DNA of 32,000 bases. Source: Vibrio cholerae ATCC 14035 (GTDB lineage: Bacteria > Pseudomonadota > Gammaproteobacteria > Enterobacterales > Vibrionaceae). The position numbers were made by a program, and so were the translations under genes. This document shows positions 27,557 to 32,000 of this stretch, piece by piece. How positions within the stretch are numbered: the stretch's first letter is position 1; every line of letters begins with the position of its first letter. The notes under the pieces were generated by a model. The model searched no databases, was not told the origin of the DNA, and saw only the letters and a program-made list of their open reading frames with translations. The stretch covers positions 60,001-92,000 of the forward strand of contig NZ_KK211323.1 of the NCBI RefSeq assembly GCF_000621645.1, read 5' to 3'.

Positions 27557-27639
27557 TGTCATAAACTGACCAGGACTAAATTGGGCGACTAAAAAAAGTC
27601 TCTCAATACTATACAAAAATCCTATAGGGGGAACTTAAG

Positions 27640-29211
27640 GTGAATATTCTTGGATATGCGCAAAAGTTAGGTAAAGCATTGATGCTACCTATCGCTACGC
27701 TACCTGTAGCGGCGCTCTTACTTCGTTTAGGTCAACCAGACCTGTTAGGCATTCCATTCATGGCTGCAGCGGGCGATGCAATTTTTAGCCAGCTGCCACT
27801 ACTGTTTGGTTTGGGTATTGCCATTGGTTTATCGAAAGATGGATCTGGCGCCGCAGGTCTAGCGGGTGCAGTAGCTTACTTTGTTCTGAGTGCAACGGCA
27901 AAAACGATTGATGCTTCAATCAACATGTCTTTCTTTGGCGGTATCTTCGCAGGTATCATCGCAGGGCACTCTTACAACGCGTTCCACACTACACGTCTGC
28001 CAGAGTGGCTAGCATTCTTTGCTGGTAAGCGTTTAGTGCCAATTATGGCGGGTCTGTTCGCTCTGGTTGCTGGTGCGCTTTCTGGCGTTATCTGGCCATC
28101 AATTCAAGGTGGATTAGATGCGCTGGCGCATGCCGTCTCTACATCAGGTGCTTTAGGCCAATTTGTTTACGGTACTCTGAACCGTGCTCTGATCCCTGTA
28201 GGTTTACACCACGTTCTGAACTCTTACTTCTGGTTCGGCATGGGTACCTGTCAAGAGATCCTAGTTTCAGGTGCTCAAGCCGCTGGTCAAGCACTGCCTG
28301 CACTCGAAAAACTGTGTGTGGATCCAGCTCTAGCGAAAACCCTAGTTGTGGGTCAAGAGCATACTTTTGCGTTCAAAAATGCGGTAACGCCTGAAATCAC
28401 AGCTGTGGTAAAAGAAGTGACTGAAGTGGTTAAATCTGGCGACCTACACCGTTTCTTCGGCGGCGATAAGAGCGCTGGGGTATTCATGAACGGCTTCTTC
28501 CCTGTCATGATGTTCGGTCTACCAGGTGCTGCACTTGCTATGTACCTAGCCGCTCCAGCTGAGCGTCGTCACCAAGTGGGTGGTGCACTGTTCTCTGTTG
28601 CGTTCTGTTCATTCCTAACAGGTATCACTGAGCCTCTAGAGTTCATGTTTGTGTTCCTAGCACCTGCGCTGTATGCAATGCATGCGGTATTTACAGGTCT
28701 GTCACTGGTTGTGGCTAACATGTTTGGCACACTGCATGGTTTCGGTTTCTCAGCAGGTCTTATCGACTTCCTGTTGAACTGGGGTCTAGCAACGAAACCT
28801 GCAACTCTGTTTGTGATTGGTCTGGCGTTCTTTGCTCTGTACTTCTTTACGTTCACATTCGCCATTCGTGCGTTCAACCTGAAATCTCCAGGTCGTGAAG
28901 ACGAAGAAGTGGAAACAGAAACAGACTCCGCTGATGCATCTAAAGGTGATTTGGCTCGCCAATACCTGAAAGCACTGGGTGGTCATGAAAACCTGACATC
29001 TATCGATGCGTGCATCACACGTCTACGTCTGACTCTGAAAGACCGCTCTGTTGCAGATGAAGCGGTACTGAAGAAACTGGGCGCGAAAGGTGTTGTGAAA
29101 CTGGGTGAAAATAACCTGCAAGTTATCCTTGGCCCTCTAGCAGAAATCGTCGCGGGTGAGATGAAAGCCATCAGCCCGAAAGAAGATCTTTCTGACGTTA
29201 AACTGCCTTAA
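27640..29211 (+). CDS. nagE: PTS N-acetylglucosamine-specific EIICB component NagE (no fused EIIA domain)
   Basis: 523-aa ORF with a GTG start and GGGGGA 8 nt upstream. MNILGYAQKLGKALMLPIATLPVAALLLRLGQPDLL is close to the E. coli NagE N-terminus as I recall it. The GITEPLEF motif in EIIC and the EIIB phosphorylation site IDACITRLRL are both present. The ORF stops about 60 aa after EIIB, so there is no EIIA domain. Confidence 0.95.
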   Translation: MNILGYAQKLGKALMLPIATLPVAALLLRLGQPDLLGIPFMAAAGDAIFSQLPLLFGLGIAIGLSKDGSGAAGLAGAVAYFVLSATAKTIDASINMSFFGGIFAGIIAGHSYNAFHTTRLPEWLAFFAGKRLVPIMAGLFALVAGALSGVIWPSIQGGLDALAHAVSTSGALGQFVYGTLNRALIPVGLHHVLNSYFWFGMGTCQEILVSGAQAAGQALPALEKLCVDPALAKTLVVGQEHTFAFKNAVTPEITAVVKEVTEVVKSGDLHRFFGGDKSAGVFMNGFFPVMMFGLPGAALAMYLAAPAERRHQVGGALFSVAFCSFLTGITEPLEFMFVFLAPALYAMHAVFTGLSLVVANMFGTLHGFGFSAGLIDFLLNWGLATKPATLFVIGLAFFALYFFTFTFAIRAFNLKSPGREDEEVETETDSADASKGDLARQYLKALGGHENLTSIDACITRLRLTLKDRSVADEAVLKKLGAKGVVKLGENNLQVILGPLAEIVAGEMKAISPKEDLSDVKLP

Positions 29212-29236
29212 TCGAGTTTAAACCCTAGCCTGAATC

Positions 29237-29264
29237 AAAGCCTTCGCGAAAGCGAAGGCTTTTT
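29237..29264 (+). terminator. Rho-independent terminator after nagE
   Basis: AAAGCCTTCGC-gaaa-GCGAAGGCTTT followed by TT. Confidence 0.9.
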
Positions 29265-29458
29265 ACTTATTTCCCGTTTGAGAAGTGGCGATATAAGCAT
29301 CGAACCGTAGAAATAATCACAAGAAATCCATAGTTTTTATTGTGCCCACCGCAAGAATTGTGGATGATTAGCGGCAATATTTTCTGTTTTCTAGCCTTGA
29401 TGGTACAAGAAGCAGAAACGCTTTCTGACAATACTAAATGAATTTTGAGGTGCTATAG

Positions 29459-31129
29459 ATGAGTGAAGCTGAGGCTCGTCCATCGAACTTCATCCGCCAA
29501 ATTATCGATAAAGATCTTGCGGATGGTAAACACACGACCGTGCATACTCGTTTCCCGCCGGAGCCGAATGGCTACCTGCACATCGGTCACGCCAAGTCAA
29601 TCTGTCTGAATTTCGGTATTGCTCAGGATTATCAAGGGCAGTGCAACCTGCGCTTTGATGATACAAACCCAGAAAAAGAGAACCTTGAATATGTTGAGTC
29701 GATCAAAAAAGATGTGACTTGGCTAGGTTTTGATTGGTCAGGTGAGGTGTGTTACTCCTCTGACTATTTTGACAAGTTGTATGAATACGCGATTGAGCTG
29801 ATTCAAAAAGGCTTGGCGTATGTGGATGAACTGACGCCTGAGCAAATTCGTGAATACCGTGGCACTCTAACTGAGCCTGGTAAGCACAGCCCATACCGCG
29901 ATCGTAGCGTAGAAGAAAACCTAGCGCTGTTTGAAAAAATGCGTGCGGGTGAATTTGCAGAAGGTCAAGCTTGTCTACGTGCAAAAATCGATATGGCATC
30001 GTCTTTTATCGTAATGCGTGATCCTGTTTTGTACCGTGTGCGTTTTGCTGAACACCACCAAACGGGTGACAAGTGGTGCATCTATCCGATGTACGATTTC
30101 ACACACTGTATTTCTGATGCGCTCGAAGGCATTACGCACTCTATTTGTACTTTGGAATTCCAAGACAACCGCCGTCTGTATGATTGGGTTCTTGATAACA
30201 TCACGATTCCATGCCATCCACGCCAGTATGAATTCAGCCGCTTAAATCTCGAATATACCGTGATGTCTAAGCGTAAACTGAACCAGCTAGTGACCGAAAA
30301 ATTGGTCACAGGTTGGGATGATCCACGTATGCCGACCATTTCAGGCCTGCGTCGCCGTGGCTTCACGCCAAGCGCTATTCGTGAATTCTGTAAGCGCATT
30401 GGTGTGACTAAGCAAGAAAACATGATTGAATACAGTGCATTAGAGTCTTGTATTCGTGATGATCTTAACGAAAATGCGCCACGTGCGATGGCCGTTCTGG
30501 ATCCGGTTAAACTGGTGATTGAGAACTTCGCCGCAGGCACAGTGGAAACTTTGACGCTGGCTAACCATCCGAACAAACCTGAGATGGGCGATCGCGAAGT
30601 GCCATTTACCCGTGAGTTGTGGATTGAACGCGAAGATTTCCGCGAAGAAGCCAACAAGAAATACAAGCGTTTGGTGTTAGGCAAAGAAGTGCGTCTGCGT
30701 GGTGCTTACGTCATCAAAGCTGAGCGCATCGAAAAAGATGAACAAGGTAATATCACCACAATCTTCTGTTCTTACGATCCTGAAACCTTGGGTAAAAACC
30801 CAGCCGATGGTCGTAAAGTGAAAGGTGTTATTCACTGGGTATCTGCAGAAAAAGGCGTTCCTGCTGAGTTTCGTCTCTACGAGCGTCTGTTCACTGTACC
30901 CAATCCAGGTGCGGCGGATAACTTTGCCGAAACCATTAACCCAGAATCTCTGGTAAAAGTTCAAGGTTATGTTGAGCCAAGCTTAGTGGAAGCAAAACCT
31001 GAATTTGGTTATCAGTTTGAGCGTATGGGCTATTTCTGTGCCGATAACAAAGACTCTAGCCCGCAGGCTTTGGTCTTTAACCGCACTGTTGGTTTGCGCG
31101 ATAGTTTCGTCAAAATTGACGAAGAGTAA
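29459..31129 (+). CDS. glnS: Glutaminyl-tRNA synthetase
   Basis: 556-aa ORF. The class I signatures are HIGH ([14 protein letters not shown]) and KMSKS (VMSKRK). Its position adjacent to nagE matches E. coli. Confidence 0.98.
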   Translation: MSEAEARPSNFIRQIIDKDLADGKHTTVHTRFPPEPNGYLHIGHAKSICLNFGIAQDYQGQCNLRFDDTNPEKENLEYVESIKKDVTWLGFDWSGEVCYSSDYFDKLYEYAIELIQKGLAYVDELTPEQIREYRGTLTEPGKHSPYRDRSVEENLALFEKMRAGEFAEGQACLRAKIDMASSFIVMRDPVLYRVRFAEHHQTGDKWCIYPMYDFTHCISDALEGITHSICTLEFQDNRRLYDWVLDNITIPCHPRQYEFSRLNLEYTVMSKRKLNQLVTEKLVTGWDDPRMPTISGLRRRGFTPSAIREFCKRIGVTKQENMIEYSALESCIRDDLNENAPRAMAVLDPVKLVIENFAAGTVETLTLANHPNKPEMGDREVPFTRELWIEREDFREEANKKYKRLVLGKEVRLRGAYVIKAERIEKDEQGNITTIFCSYDPETLGKNPADGRKVKGVIHWVSAEKGVPAEFRLYERLFTVPNPGAADNFAETINPESLVKVQGYVEPSLVEAKPEFGYQFERMGYFCADNKDSSPQALVFNRTVGLRDSFVKIDEE

Positions 31130-31152
31130 GCCGAAAAACGAGAGTAAAATGC

Positions 31153-31182
31153 AAAGCCAGCCAACGTGCTGGCTTTGTTTTT
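31153..31182 (+). terminator. Rho-independent terminator after glnS
   Basis: AAAGCCAGC-caacgt-GCTGGCTTT followed by GTTTTT. Confidence 0.88.
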
Positions 31183-31356
31183 AGGCGTGGAGAAAGCGGT
31201 GTTGCCTCACGCTAGGACTGAAATTTGTGTGAGATTCCTGCGATTATTCCGGTCGTGACACATTTTTTGCCAGTCAGTCTATAGTTTTGCTAGGTGGATC
31301 CGATATATTTAACCAATCTCCGTACTTCAAAATTCAAAGCACATACTGAGCCTTTT

Positions 31357-32000
31357 ATGCGTCGATTTTTCCAACGGCTCCTGCTGCCAGTGGCAGTAAT
31401 GGTCGTGACTCAGACTTCTTTCGTCAGTGCAGAAAGCATTCGTCTTGTTGGCCCTGATGGCCAAGTACAACCTACGCCCCAATATAGTGAAAATATTGTT
31501 CGCAATTCGGCTAATAATGAACCCGGTCGATTTTTCGGGCCGACCTCAGCCAACCAGACTTTGTGGTCGATAGCCAGCCAGTTACGGCCTTCTTCCAGCG
31601 TCACGGTGCAACAAACGTTATTGGCCATTTATCAGCTCAATCCTCAGGCGTTTGAAAATCAGAATATTCACACTCTGATCCCAGGTAGTACTCTACGTGT
31701 TCCGTCACTGGCACAAATCAGTCGCAATAGTACTCAAGACGCTGTCAACATCATGGCGTCTCACCAAGCAAAATTAAACCAAACACCCGATACGCCAGTG
31801 AGGCCTGTAGCTCCTCCACGTCCTGCTCCTGTTGCAACGCCAAAAGTAGAAGCGGTCGCGCAAACGCCACCTCAAGTCACCCCTACGACCGCGCCGCAAG
31901 AGAAAGCGCCTACTGAGCTCAAGACGCCCGCTAAACCCAGCCAATCAACAGATGCTGAAGTGATGGCTCTGGAAGAGAAGAATCACACCTTGCGCTTGAT
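31357..32000 (+). CDS. hubP: Polar landmark protein HubP (FimV family), N-terminal ~214 codons (continues past the right edge)
   Basis: Absent from the ORF track because it is open at the window edge. Hand translation from the ATG at 31357 gives MRRFFQRLLLPVAVMVVTQTSFVSAESIRLVGPDGQ...YGPTSANQTLWSIASQLRPSSSVTVQQTLLAIYQLNPQAFENQNIHTLIPGSTLRVPS. This shows a signal peptide and a LysM-like peptidoglycan-binding module, followed by a Pro/Ala/Thr-rich spacer. From memory, the position after glnS matches VC0998. Confidence 0.8.
   Translation, partial: MRRFFQRLLLPVAVMVVTQTSFVSAESIRLVGPDGQVQPTPQYSENIVRNSANNEPGRFFGPTSANQTLWSIASQLRPSSSVTVQQTLLAIYQLNPQAFENQNIHTLIPGSTLRVPSLAQISRNSTQDAVNIMASHQAKLNQTPDTPVRPVAPPRPAPVATPKVEAVAQTPPQVTPTTAPQEKAPTELKTPAKPSQSTDAEVMALEEKNHTLRL

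Noticed and set aside
30082-30684. 200-aa ORF antisense to glnS (and other antisense ORFs at 29703-30217 and 30677-30964)
   Set aside because: These are shadow ORFs inside a highly conserved aminoacyl-tRNA synthetase gene, with Ser/Arg-rich products and no independent signals.
31410-31628. 72-aa minus-strand ORF
   Set aside because: It is antisense to the LysM-encoding part of hubP, which is the supported frame.

Overview
The window reads as conserved core chromosome of Vibrio cholerae. The ToxR and ToxS translations match V. cholerae as I remember them. From memory only, the gene order corresponds to roughly VC0969-VC0998 of chromosome 1. Gene order: cysZ (partial, -) | zipA, ligA (+) | chiP porin and an unknown lipoprotein (+) | cueR (+) | nfeD-like, qmcA (-) | cnoX/ybbN, ybbO-like SDR, yfcH-like epimerase (-) | yfcE (+) | Rdx/SelW-like, toxS, toxR (-) | htpG, adk, hemH (+) | dtpA (-) | rfaH (+) | asnB, CPA2/RCK antiporter, nagC, nagA (-) | nagE, glnS, hubP (partial, +). 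cysZ and hubP run off the window edges and are missing from the ORF track, so I translated them by hand. Several track ORFs carry spurious N-terminal extensions, and I re-set those starts using RBS position and homolog N-termini. Most genes are followed by clear rho-independent terminators. I see no tRNA, rRNA, CRISPR array, transposase, integrase, phage gene or recognisable defence gene. I do not find a convincing novel multi-gene system here and will not invent one. What the CDS map leaves unexplained: (1) a family of ERIC/IRU-type imperfect-palindrome repeats, with 3 full-length copies and several ~50-bp internally deleted derivatives whose same end abuts stop codons; (2) a 21-codon hydrophobic mini-ORF followed by a very strong terminator in the ybbO-cnoX spacer; (3) a ~270-nt structured leader in front of nagA, next to a CRP site flanked by palindromes; (4) an uncharacterised lipoprotein downstream of the chitoporin, with a tandem C-terminal motif; (5) a CxxC Rdx-like gene apparently co-transcribed with toxRS; (6) four start codons lying 7-24 nt after intrinsic terminators. 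All homology statements come from memory, not from searches.
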